Origin: Auanema rhodensis
Lineage: Eukaryota > Animalia > Nematoda
Direction: 5' to 3'
DNA: 64,000 nt
Assembly (NCBI GenBank): GCA_964057225.1
Contig: OZ059897.1
Span: forward strand, 22,382,001 to 22,446,000
A program made the position numbers and the translations under genes. Position 1 is the stretch's first letter, and every line of letters begins with the position of its first letter. Of the stretch, positions 11,089 to 25,500 are shown piece by piece. The notes beneath the pieces are model-generated. The model ran no database searches and was not told the origin of the DNA. It worked only from the letters and a program-made list of their open reading frames with translations.

Positions 11089-14000
11089 GCATAAATTAAA
11101 GTTCACGTAAATTTCAAAGTCATGGTTACCATGAACCAATATCAATAAAAATTTGTTTTTAGACTAATATGGACATGGGGAATCTAATTTTGAAAACCGC
11201 ATCTCTTTATCTTTCACGTGAAGCGAGTTACATACCAAGTGCACATCACGTGTACATTTAATTAGCATAAATTAAAGTTCACGTAAATTTCAAAGTCATG
11301 GTTACCATGAACCAATATCAATAAAAATTTGTTTTTAGACTAATATGGACATGGGGAATCTAATTTTGAAAACCGCATTTCTTTATCTTTCACGTGAAGC
11401 GAGTTACATACCAAGTGCACATCACGTGTACATTTAATTAGCATAAATTAAAGTTCACGTAAATTTCAAAGTCATGGTTACCATGCACCAATATCAATAA
11501 AAATTTGTTTTTAGACTAATATGGACATGGGGAATCTAATTTTGAAAACCGCATCTCTTTATCTTTCACGTGAAGCGAGTTACATACCAAGTGCACATCA
11601 CGTGTACATTTAATTAGCATAAATTAAAGTTCACGTAAATTTCAAAGTCATGGTTACCATGAACCAATATCAATAAAAATTTGTTTTTAGACTAATATGG
11701 ACATGGGGAATCTAATTTTGAAAACTGCATCTCTTTATCTTTCACGTGAAGCGAGTTACACACCAAGTGCACATCACGTGTACATTTAATTAGCATAAAT
11801 TAAAGTTCACGTAAATTTCAAAGTCATGGTTACCATGAACCAATATCAATAAAAATTTGTTTTTAGACTAATATGGACATGGGGAATCTAATTTTGAAAA
11901 CCGCATCTCTTTATCTTTCACGTGAAGCGAGTTACATACCAAGCTCACATCACGTGTACATTTAATTAGCATAAATTAAAGTTCACGTAAATTTCAAAGT
12001 CATGGTTACCATGAACCAATATCAATAAAAATTTGTTTATAGACTAATATGGACATGGGGAATCTAATTTTGAAAACCGCATCTCTTTATCTTTCACGTT
12101 AAGCGAGTTACATACCAAGTGCACATCACGTGTACATTTAATTAGCATAAATTAAAGTTCACGTAAATTTCAAAGTCATGGTTACCATGAACCAGTATCA
12201 ATAAAAATTTGTTTTTAGACTAATATGGACATGGGGAATCTAATTTTGAAAACCGCATCTCTTCATCTTTCACGTGAAGCGAGTTACATACCAAGTGCAC
12301 ATCACGTGTACATTTAATTAGCATAAATTAAAGTTCACGTAAATTTCAAAGTCATGGTTACCATGAACCAATATCAATAAAAATTTGTTTATAGACTAAT
12401 ATGGACATGGGGAATCTAATTTTGAAAACCGCATCTCTTTATCTTTCACGTGAAGCGAGTTACATACCAAGTGCACATCACGTGTACATTTAATTAGCAT
12501 AAATTAAAGTTCACGTAAATTTCAAAGTCATGGTTACCATGCACCAATATCAATAAAAATTTGTTTTTAGACTAATATGGACATGGGGAATCTAATTTTG
12601 AAAACCGCATCTCTTTATCTTTCACGTGAAGCGAGTTACATACCAAGTGCACATCACGTGTACATTTAATTAGCATAAATTAAAGTTCACGTAAATTTCA
12701 AAGTCATGGTTACCATGAAGCAATATCAATAAAAATTTGTTTTTAGACTAATATGGACATGGGGAATCTAATTTTGAAAACCGAATCTCTTTATATTTCA
12801 CGTGAAGCGAGTTACATACCAAGTGCACATCACGTGTACATTTAATTAGCATAAATTAAAGTTCACGTAAATTTCAAAGTCATGGTTACCATGAACCAAT
12901 ATCAATAAAAATTTGTTTTTAGACTAATATGGACATGGGGAATCTAATTTTGAAAACCGCATCTCTTTATCTTTCACGTGAAGCGAGTTACATACCAAGT
13001 GCACATCACGTGTACATTTAATTAGCATAAATTAAAGTTCACGTAAATTTCAAAGTCATGGTTACCATGCACCAATATCAATAAAAATTTGTTTTTAGAC
13101 TAATATGGACATGGGGAATCTAATTTTGAAAACCGCATCTCTTTATCTTTCACGTGAAGCGAGTTACATACCAAGTGCACATCACGTGTACATTTAATTA
13201 GCATAAATTAAAGTTCACGTAAATTTCAAAGTCATGGTTACCATGAACCAATATCAATAAAAATTTGTTTTTAGACTAATATGGACATGGGGAATCTAAT
13301 TTTGAAAACTGCATCTCTTTATCTTTCACGTGAAGCGAGTTACATACCAAGTGCACATCACGTGTACATTTAATTAGCATAAATTAAAGTTCACGTAAAT
13401 TTCAAAGTCATGGTTACCATGAACCAATATCAATAAAAATTTGTTTTTAGACTAATATGGACATGGGGAATCTAATTTTGAAAACCGCATCTCTTTATCT
13501 TTCACGTGAAGCGAGTTACATACCAAGTGCACATCACGTGTACATTTAATTAGCATAAATTAAAGTTCACGTAAATTTCAAAGTCATGGTTACCATGCAC
13601 CAATATCAATAAAAATTTGTTTTTAGACTAATATGGACATGGGGAATCTAATTTTGAAAACCGCATCTCTTTATCTTTCACGTGAAGCGAGTTACATACC
13701 AAGTGCACATCACGTGTACATTTAATTAGCATAAATTAAAGTTCACGTAAATTTCAAAGTCATGGTTACCATGAACCAATATCAATAAAAATTTGTTTTT
13801 AGACTAATATGGACATGGGGAATCTAATTTTGAAAACCGCATCTCTTTATCTTTCACGTGAAGCGAGTTACATACCAAGTGCACATCACGTGTACATTTA
13901 ATTAGCATAAATTAAAGTTCACGTAAATTTCAAAGTCATGGTTACCATGCACCAATATCAATAAAAATTTGTTTTTAGACTAATATGGACATGGGGAATC

Positions 14001-17000
14001 TAATTTTGAAAACCGCATCTCTTTATCTTTCACGTGAAGCGAGTTACATACCAAGTGCACATCACGTGTACATTTAATTAGCATAAATTAAAGTTCACGT
14101 AAATTTCAAAGTCATGGTTACCATGAACCAATATCAATAAAAATTTGTTTTTAGACTAATATGGACATGGGGAATCTAATTTTGAAAACCGCATCTCTTT
14201 ATCTTTCACGTGAAGCGAGTTACATACCAAGTGCACATCACGTGTACATTTAATTAGCATAAATTAAAGTTCACGTAAATTTCAAAGTCATGGTTACCAT
14301 GAACCAATATCAATAAAAATTTGTTTATAGACTAATATGGACATGGGGAATCTAATTTTGAAAACCGCATCTCTTTATCTTTCACGTTAAGCGAGTTACA
14401 TACCAAGTGCACATCACGTGTACATTTAATTAGCATAAATTAAAGTTCACGTAAATTTCAAAGTCATGGTTACCATGAACCAGTATCAATAAAAATTTGT
14501 TTTTAGACTAATATGGACATGGGGAATCTAATTTTGAAAACCGCATCTCTTCATCTTTCACGTGAAGCGAGTTACATACCAAGTGCACATCACGTGTACA
14601 TTTAATTAGCATAAATTAAAGTTCACGTAAATTTCAAAGTCATGGTTACCATGAACCAATATCAATAAAAATTTGTTTATAGACTAATATGGACATGGGG
14701 AATCTAATTTTGAAAACCGCATCTCTTTATCTTTCACGTGAAGCGAGTTACATACCAAGTGCACATCACGTGTACATTTAATTAGCATAAATTAAAGTTC
14801 ACGTAAATTTCAAAGTCATGGTTACCATGCACCAATATCAATAAAAATTTGTTTTTAGACTAATATGGACATGGGGAATCTAATTTTGAAAACCGCATCT
14901 CTTTATCTTTCACGTGAAGCGAGTTACATACCAAGTGCACATCACGTGTACATTTAATTAGCATAAATTAAAGTTCACGTAAATTTCAAAGTCATGGTTA
15001 CCATGAACCAATATCAATAAAAATTTGTTTTTAGACTAATATGGACATGGGGAATCTAATTTTGAAAACTGCATCTCTTTATCTTTCACGTGAAGCGAGT
15101 TACATACCAAGTGCACATCACGTGTACATTTAATTAGCATAAATTAAAGTTCACGTAAATTTCAAAGTCATGGTTACCATGAACCAATATCAATAAAAAT
15201 TTGTTTTTAGACTAATATGGACATGGGGAATCTAATTTTGAAAACCGCATCTCTTTATCTTTCACGTGAAGCGAGTTACATACCAAGTGCACATCACGTG
15301 TACATTTAATTAGCATAAATTAAAGTTCACGTAAATTTCAAAGTCATGGTTACCATGAACCAATATCAATAAAAATTTGTTTTTAGACTAATATGGACAT
15401 GGGGAATCTAATTTTGAAAACTGCATCTCTTTATCTTTCACGTGAAGCGAGTTACACACCGAGTGCACATCACGTGTACATTTAATTAGCATAAATTAAA
15501 GTTCACGTAAATTTCAAAGTCATGGTTACCATGAACCAATATCAATAAAAATTTGTTTTTAGACTAATATGGACATGGGGAATCTAATTTTGAAAACCGC
15601 ATCTCTTTATCTTTCACGTGAAGCGAGTTACATACCAAGTGCACATCACGTGTACATTTAATTAGCATAAATTAAAGTTCACGTAAATTTCAAAGTCATG
15701 GTTACCATGAACCAATATCAATAAAAATTTGTTTATAGACTAATATGGACATGGGGAATCTAATTTTGAAAACCGCATCTCTTTATCTTTCACGTGAAGC
15801 GAGTTACATACCAAGTGCACATCACGTGTACATTTAATTAGCATAAATTAAAGTTCACGTAAATTTCAAAGTCATGGTTACCATGAACCAGTATCAATAA
15901 AAATTTGTTTTTAGACTAATATGGACATGGGGAATCTAATTTTGAAAACCGCATCTCTTTATCTTTCACGTGAAGCGAGTTACATACCAAGTGCACATCA
16001 CGTGTACATTTAATTAGCATAAATTAAAGTTCACGTAAATTTCAAAGTCATGGTTACCATGAACCAATATCAATAAAAATTTGTTTTTAGACTAATATGG
16101 ACATGGGGAATCTAATTTTGAAAACCGCATCTCTTTATCTTTCACGTGAAGCGAGTTACATACCAAGTGCACATCACGTGTACATTTAATTAGCATAAAT
16201 TAAAGTTCACGTAAATTTCAAAGTCATGGTTACCATGAACCAATATCAATAAAAATTTGTTTTTAGACTAATATGGACATGGGGAATCTAATTTTGAAAA
16301 CCGCATCTCTTTATCTTTCACGTGAAGCGAGTTACATACCAAGTGCACATCACGTGTACATTTAATTAGCATAAATTAAAGTTCACGTAAATTTCAAAGT
16401 CATGGTTACCATGAACCAATATCAATAAAAATTTGTTTATAGACTAATATGGACATGGGGAATCTAATTTTGAAAACCGCATCTCTTTATCTTTCACGTG
16501 AAGCGAGTTACATACCAAGTGCACATCACGTGTACATTTAATTAGCATAAATTAAAGTTCACGTAAATTTCAAAGTCATGGTTACCATGAACCAATATCA
16601 ATAAAAATTTGTTTTTAGACTAATATGGACATGGGGAATCTAATTTTGAAAACCGCATCTCTTTATCTTTCACGTGAAGCGAGTTACATACCAAGTGCAC
16701 ATCACGTGTACATTTAATTAGCATAAATTAAAGTTCACGTAAATTTCAAAGTCATGGTTACCATGAACCAATATCAATAAAAATTTGTTTTTAGACTAAT
16801 ATGGACATGGGGAATCTAATTTTGAAAACCGCATCTCTTTATCTTTCACGTGAAGCGAGTTACATACCAAGTGCACATCACGTGTACATTTAATTAGCAT
16901 AAATTAAAGTTCACGTAAATTTCAAAGTCATGGTTACCATGCACCAATATCAATAAAAATTTGTTTTTAGACTAATATGGACATGGGGAATCTAATTTTG

Positions 17001-20000
17001 AAAACCGCATTTCTTTATCTTTCACGTGAAGCGAGTTACATACCAAGTGCACATCACGTGTACATTTAATTAGCATAAATTAAAGTTCACGTAAATTTCA
17101 AAGTCATGGTTACCATGCACCAATATCAATAAAAATTTGTTTTTAGACTAATATGGACATGGGGAATCTAATTTTGAAAACCGCATCTCTTTATCTTTCA
17201 CGTGAAGCGAGTTACATACCAAGTGCACATCACGTGTACATTTAATTAGCATAAATTAAAGTTCACGTAAATTTCAAAGTCATGGTTACCATGAACCAAT
17301 ATCAATAAAAATTTGTTTTTAGACTAATATGGACATGGGGAATCTAATTTTGAAAACCGCATCTCTTTATCTTTCACGTGAAGCGAGTTACATACCAAGT
17401 GCACATCACGTGTACATTTAATTAGCATAAATTAAAGTTCACGTAAATTTCAAAGTCATGGTTACCATGAACCAATATCAATAAAAATTTGTTTATAGAC
17501 TAATATGGACATGGGGAATCTAATTTTGAAAACCGCATCTCTTTATCTTTCACGTTAAGCGAGTTACATACCAAGTGCACATCACGTGTACATTTAATTA
17601 GCATAAATTAAAGTTCACGTAAATTTCAAAGTCATGGTTACCATGAACCAGTATCAATAAAAATTTGTTTTTAGACTAATATGGACATGGGGAATCTAAT
17701 TTTGAAAACCGCATCTCTTCATCTTTCACGTGAAGCGAGTTACATACCAAGTGCACATCACGTGTACATTTAATTAGCATAAATTAAAGTTCACGTAAAT
17801 TTCAAAGTCATGGTTACCATGAACCAATATCAATAAAAATTTGTTTATAGACTAATATGGACATGGGGAATCTAATTTTGAAAACCGCATCTCTTTATCT
17901 TTCACGTGAAGCGAGTTACATACCAAGTGCACATCACGTGTACATTTAATTAGCATAAATTAAAGTTCACGTAAATTTCAAAGTCATGGTTACCATGCAC
18001 CAATATCAATAAAAATTTGTTTTTAGACTAATATGGACATGGGGAATCTAATTTTGAAAACCGCATCTCTTTATCTTTCACGTGAAGCGAGTTACATACC
18101 AAGTGCACATCACGTGTACATTTAATTAGCATAAATTAAAGTTCACGTAAATTTCAAAGTCATGGTTACCATGAACCAATATCAATAAAAATTTGTTTTT
18201 AGACTAATATGGACATGGGGAATCTAATTTTGAAAACTGCATCTCTTTATCTTTCACGTGAAGCGAGTTACATACCAAGTGCACATCACGTGTACATTTA
18301 ATTAGCATAAATTAAAGTTCACGTAAATTTCAAAGTCATGGTTACCATGAACCAATATCAATAAAAATTTGTTTTTAGACTAATATGGACATGGGGAATC
18401 TAATTTTGAAAACCGCATCTCTTTATCTTTCACGTGAAGCGAGTTACATACCAAGTGCACATCACGTGTACATTTAATTAGCATAAATTAAAGTTCACGT
18501 AAATTTCAAAGTCATGGTTACCATGAACCAATATCAATAAAAATTTGTTTTTAGACTAATATGGACATGGGGAATCTAATTTTGAAAACCGCATTTCTTT
18601 ATCTTTCACGTGAAGCGAGTTACATACCAAGTGCACATCACGTGTACATTTAATTAGCATAAATTAAAGTTCACGTAAATTTCAAAGTCATGGTTACCAT
18701 GCACCAATATCAATAAAAATTTGTTTTTAGACTAATATGGACATGGGGAATCTAATTTTGAAAACCGCATCTCTTTATCTTTCACGTGAAGCGAGTTACA
18801 TACCAAGTGCACATCACGTGTACATTTAATTAGCATAAATTAAAGTTCACGTAAATTTCAAAGTCATGGTTACCATGAACCAATATCAATAAAAATTTGT
18901 TTTTAGACTAATATGGACATGGGGAATCTAATTTTGAAAACTGCATCTCTTTATCTTTCACGTGAAGCGAGTTACACACCAAGTGCACATCACGTGTACA
19001 TTTAATTAGCATAAATTAAAGTTCACGTAAATTTCAAAGTCATGGTTACCATGAACCAATATCAATAAAAATTTGTTTTTAGACTAATATGGACATGGGG
19101 AATCTAATTTTGAAAACCGCATCTCTTTATCTTTCACGTGAAGCGAGTTACATACCAAGTGCACATCACGTGTACATTTAATTAGCATAAATTAAAGTTC
19201 ACGTAAATTTCAAAGTCATGGTTACCATGAACCAATATCAATAAAAATTTGTTTATAGACTAATATGGACATGGGGAATCTAATTTTGAAAACCGCATCT
19301 CTTTATCTTTCACGTGAAGCGAGTTACATACCAAGTGCACATCACGTGTACATTTAATTAGCATAAATTAAAGTTCACGTAAATTTCAAAGTCATGGTTA
19401 CCATGAACCAGTATCAATAAAAATTTGTTTTTAGACTAATATGGACATGGGGAATCTAATTTTGAAAACCGCATCTCTTTATCTTTCACGTGAAGCGAGT
19501 TACATACCAAGTGCACATCACGTGTACATTTAATTAGCATAAATTAAAGTTCACGTAAATTTCAAAGTCATGGTTACCATGAACCAATATCAATAAAAAT
19601 TTGTTTTTAGACTAATATGGACATGGGGAATCTAATTTTGAAAACCGCATCTCTTTATCTTTCACGTGAAGCGAGTTACATACCAAGTGCACATCACGTG
19701 TACATTTAATTAGCATAAATTAAAGTTCACGTAAATTTCAAAGTCATGGTTACCATGAACCAATATCAATAAAAATTTGTTTATAGACTAATATGGACAT
19801 GGGGAATCTAATTTTGAAAACCGCATCTCTTTATCTTTCACGTGAAGCGAGTTACATACCAAGTGCACATCACGTGTACATTTAATTAGCATAAATTAAA
19901 GTTCACGTAAATTTCAAAGTCATGGTTACCATGAACCAATATCAATAAAAATTTGTTTTTAGACTAATATGGACATGGGGAATCTAATTTTGAAAACCGC

Positions 20001-22528
20001 ATCTCTTTATCTTTCACGTGAAGCGAGTTACATACCAAGTGCACATCACGTGTACATTTAATTAGCATAAATTAAAGTTCACGTAAATTTCAAAGTCATG
20101 GTTACCATGAACCAATATCAATAAAAATTTGTTTTTAGACTAATATGGACATGGGGAATCTAATTTTGAAAACCGCATCTCTTTATCTTTCACGTGAAGC
20201 GAGTTACATACCAAGTGCACATCACGTGTACATTTAATTAGCATAAATTAAAGTTCACGTAAATTTCAAAGTCATGGTTACCATGAACCAATATCAATAA
20301 AAATTTGTTTTTAGACTAATATGGACATGGGGAATCTAATTTTGAAAACCGCATCTCTTTATCTTTCACGTGAAGCGAGTTACATACCAAGTGCACATCA
20401 CGTGTACATTTAATTAGCATAAATTAAAGTTCACGTAAATTTCAAAGTCATGGTTACCATGAACCAATATCAATAAAAATTTGTTTTTAGACTAATATGG
20501 ACATGGGGAATCTAATTTTGAAAACCGCATCTCTTTATCTTTCACGTGAAGCGAGTTACATACCAAGTGCACATCACGTGTACATTTAATTAGCATAAAT
20601 TAAAGTTCACGTAAATTTCAAAGTCATGGTTACCATGAACCAATATCAATAAAAATTTGTTTTTAGACTAATATGGACATGGGGAATCTAATTTTGAAAA
20701 CCGCATCTCTTTATCTTTCACGTGAAGCGAGTTACATACCAAGTGCACATCACGTGTACATTTAATTAGCATAAATTAAAGTTCACGTAAATTTCAAAGT
20801 CATGGTTACCATGCACCAATATCAATAAAAATTTGTTTTTAGACTAATATGGACATGGGGAATCTAATTTTGAAAACTGCATCTCTTTATCTTTCACGTG
20901 AAGCGAGTTACATACCAAGTGCACATCACGTGTACATTTAATTAGCATAAATTAAAGTTCACGTAAACTTCAAAGTCATGGTTACCATGAACCAATATCA
21001 ATAAAAATTTGTTTATAGACTAATATGGACATGGGGAATCTAATTTTGAAAACCGCATCTCTTTATCTTTCACGTGAAGCGAGTTACATACCAAGTGCAC
21101 ATCACGTGTACATTTAATTAGCATAAATTAAAGTTTACGTAAATTTCAAAGTCATGGTTACCATGAACCAATATCAATAAAAATTTGTTTTTAGACTAAT
21201 ATGGACATGGGGAATCTAATTTTGAAAACCGCATCTCTTTATCTTTCACGTGAAGCGAGTTACATACCAAGTGCACATCACGTGTACATTTAATTAGCAT
21301 AAATTAAAGTTCACGTAAATTTCAAAGTCATGGTTACCATGAAGCAATATCAATAAAAATTTGTTTTTAGACTAATATGGACATGGGGAATCTAATTTTG
21401 AAAACCGCATCTCTTTATCTTTCACGTGAAGCGAGTTACATACCAAGTGCACATCACGTGTACATTTAATTAGCATAAATTAAAGTTCACGTAAATTTCA
21501 AAGTCATGGTTACCATGCACCAATATCAATAAAAATTTGTTTTTAGACTAATATGGACATGGGGAATCTAATTTTGAAAACTGCATCTCTTTATCTTTCA
21601 CGTGAAGCGAGTTACATACCAAGTGCACATCACGTGTACATTTAATTAGCATAAATTAAAGTTCACGTAAATTTCAAAGTCATGGTTACCATGAACCAAT
21701 ATCAATAAAAATTTGTTTTTAGACTAATATGGACATGGGGAATCTAATTTTGAAAACCGCATCTCTTTATCTTTCACGTGAAGCGAGTTACATACCAAGT
21801 GCACATCACGTGTACATTTAATTAGCATAAATTAAAGTTCACGTAAATTTCAAAGTCATGGTTACCATGCACCAATATCAATAAAAATTTGTTTTTAGAC
21901 TAATATGGACATGGGGAATCTAATTTTGAAAACTGCATCTCTTTATCTTTCACGTGAAGCGAGTTACATACCAAGTGCACATCACGTGTACATTTAATTA
22001 GCATAAATTAAAGTTCACGTAAACTTCAAAGTCATGGTTACCATGAACCAATATCAATAAAAATTTGTTTATAGACTAATATGGACATGGGGAATCTAAT
22101 TTTGAAAACCGCATCTCTTTATCTTTCACGTGAAGCGAGTTACATACCAAGTGCACATCACGTGTACATTTAATTAGCATAAATTAAAGTTTACGTAAAT
22201 TTCAAAGTCATGGTTACCATGAACCAATATCAATAAAAATTTGTTTTTAGACTAATATGGACATGGGGAATCTAATTTTGAAAACCGCATCTCTTTATCT
22301 TTCACGTGAAGCGAGTTACATACCAAGTGCACATCACGTGTACATTTAATTAGCATAAATTAAAGTTCACGTAAACTTCAAAGTCATGGTTACCATGAAG
22401 CAATATCAATAAAAATTTGTTTTTAGACTAATATGGACATGGGGAATCTAATTTTGAAAACCGCATCTCTTTATCTTTCACGTGAAGCGAGTTACATACC
22501 AAGTGCACATCACGTGTACATTTAATTA

Positions 22529-25500
22529 GCATAAATTAAAGTTCACGTAAATTTCAAAGTCATGGTTACCATGAAGCAATATCAATAAAAATTTGTTTTT
22601 AGACTAATATGGACATGGGGAATCTAATTTTGAAAACCGCATCTCTTTATCTTTCACGTGAAGCGAGTTACATACCAAGTGCACATCACGTGTACATTTA
22701 ATTAGCATAAATTAAAGTTCACGTAAATTTCAAAGTCATGGTTACCATGCACCAATATCAATAAAAATTTGTTTTTAGACTAATATGGACATGGGAAATC
22801 TAATTTTGAAAACCGCATCTCTTTATCTTTCACGTGAAGCGAGTTACATACCAAGTGCACATCACGTGTACATTTAATTAGCATAAATTAAAGTTCACGT
22901 AAATTTCAAAGTCATGGTTACCATGAACCAATATCAATAAAAATTTGTTTTTAGACTAATATGGACATGGGGAATCTAATTTTGAAAACCGCATCTCTTT
23001 ATCTTTCACGTGAAGCGAGTTACATACCAAGTGCACATCACGTGTACATTTAATTAGCATAAATTAAAGTTCACGTAAATTTCAAAGTCATGGTTACCAT
23101 GAAGCAATATCAATAAAAATTTGTTTTTAGACTAATATGGACATGGGGAATCTAATTTTGAAAACCTAATCTCTTTATATTTCACGTGAAGCGAGTTACA
23201 TACCAAGTGCACATCACGTGTACATTTAATTAGCATAAATTAAAGTTCACGTAAATTTCAAAGTCATGGTTACCATGAACCAATATCAATAAAAATTTGT
23301 TTTTAGACTAATATGGACATGGGGAATCTAATTTTGAAAACCGCATCTCTTTATCTTTCACGTGAAGCGAGTTACATACCAAGTGCACATCACGTGTACA
23401 TTTAATTAGCATAAATTAAAGTTCACGTAAATTTCAAAGTCATGGTTACCATGCACCAATATCAATAAAAATTTGTTTTTAGACTAATATGGACATGGGG
23501 AATCTAATTTTGAAAACCGCATCTCTTTATCTTTCACGTGAAGCGAGTTACATACCAAGTGCACATCACGTGTACATTTAATTAGCATAAATTAAAGTTC
23601 ACGTAAATTTCAAAGTCATGGTTACCATGAACCAATATCAATAAAAATTTGTTTTTAGACTAATATGGACATGGGGAATCTAATTTTGAAAACTGCATCT
23701 CTTTATCTTTCACGTGAAGCGAGTTACATACCAAGTGCACATCACGTGTACATTTAATTAGCATAAATTAAAGTTCACGTAAATTTCAAAGTCATGGTTA
23801 CCATGAACCAATATCAATAAAAATTTGTTTTTAGACTAATATGGACATGGGGAATCTAATTTTGAAAACCGCATCTCTTTATCTTTCACGTGAAGCGAGT
23901 TACATACCAAGTGCACATCACGTGTACATTTAATTAGCATAAATTAAAGTTCACGTAAATTTCAAAGTCATGGTTACCATGAACCAATATCAATAAAAAT
24001 TTGTTTTTAGACTAATATGGACATGGGGAATCTAATTTTGAAAACCGCATTTCTTTATCTTTCACGTGAAGCGAGTTACATACCAAGTGCACATCACGTG
24101 TACATTTAATTAGCATAAATTAAAGTTCACGTAAATTTCAAAGTCATGGTTACCATGCACCAATATCAATAAAAATTTGTTTATAGACTAATATGGACAT
24201 GGGGAATCTAATTTTGAAAACCGCATCTCTTTATCTTTCACGTGAAGCGAGTTACATACCAAGTGCACATCACGTGTACATTTAATTAGCATAAATTAAA
24301 GTTTACGTAAATTTCAAAGTCATGGTTACCATGAACCAATATCAATAAAAATTTGTTTTTAGACTAATATGGACATGGGGAATCTAATTTTGAAAACCGC
24401 ATCTCTTTATCTTTCACGTGAAGCGAGTTACATACCAAGTGCACATCACGTGTACATTTAATTAGCATAAATTAAAGTTTACGTAAATTTCAAAGTCATG
24501 GTTACCATGAACCAATATCAATAAAAATTTGTTTTTAGACTAATATGGACATGGGGAATCTAATTTTGAAAACCGCATCTCTTTATCTTTCACGTGAAGC
24601 GAGTTACATACCAAGTGCACATCACGTGTACATTTAATTAGCATAAATTAAAGTTCACGTAAATTTCAAAGTCATGGTTACCATGAAGCAATATCAATAA
24701 AAATTTGTTTTTAGACTAATATGGACATGGGGAATCTAATTTTGAAAACCGCATCTCTTTATCTTTCACGTGAAGCGAGTTACATACCAAGTGCACATCA
24801 CGTGTACATTTAATTAGCATAAATTAAAGTTCACGTAAATTTCAAAGTCATGGTTACCATGCACCAATATCAATAAAAATTTGTTTTTAGACTAATATGG
24901 ACATGGGAAATCTAATTTTGAAAACCGCATCTCTTTATCTTTCACGTGAAGCGAGTTACATACCAAGTGCACATCACGTGTACATTTAATAAGCATAAAT
25001 TAAAGTTCACGTAAATTTCAAAGTCATGGTTACCATGAACCAATATCAATAAAAATTTGTTTTTAGACTAATATGGACATGGGGAATCTAATTTTGAAAA
25101 CCGCATCTCTTTATCTTTCACGTGAAGCGAGTTACATACCAAGTGCACATCACGTGTACATTTAATTAGCATAAATTAAAGTTCACGTAAATTTCAAAGT
25201 CATGGTTACCATGAAGCAATATCAATAAAAATTTGTTTTTAGACTAATATGGACATGGGGAATCTAATTTTGAAAACCGAATCTCTTTATATTTCACGTG
25301 AAGCGAGTTACATACCAAGTGCACATCACGTGTACATTTAATTAGCATAAATTAAAGTTCACGTAAATTTCAAAGTCATGGTTACCATGAACCAATATCA
25401 ATAAAAATTTGTTTTTAGACTAATATGGACATGGGGAATCTAATTTTGAAAACCGCATCTCTTTATCTTTCACGTGAAGCGAGTTACATACCAAGTGCAC

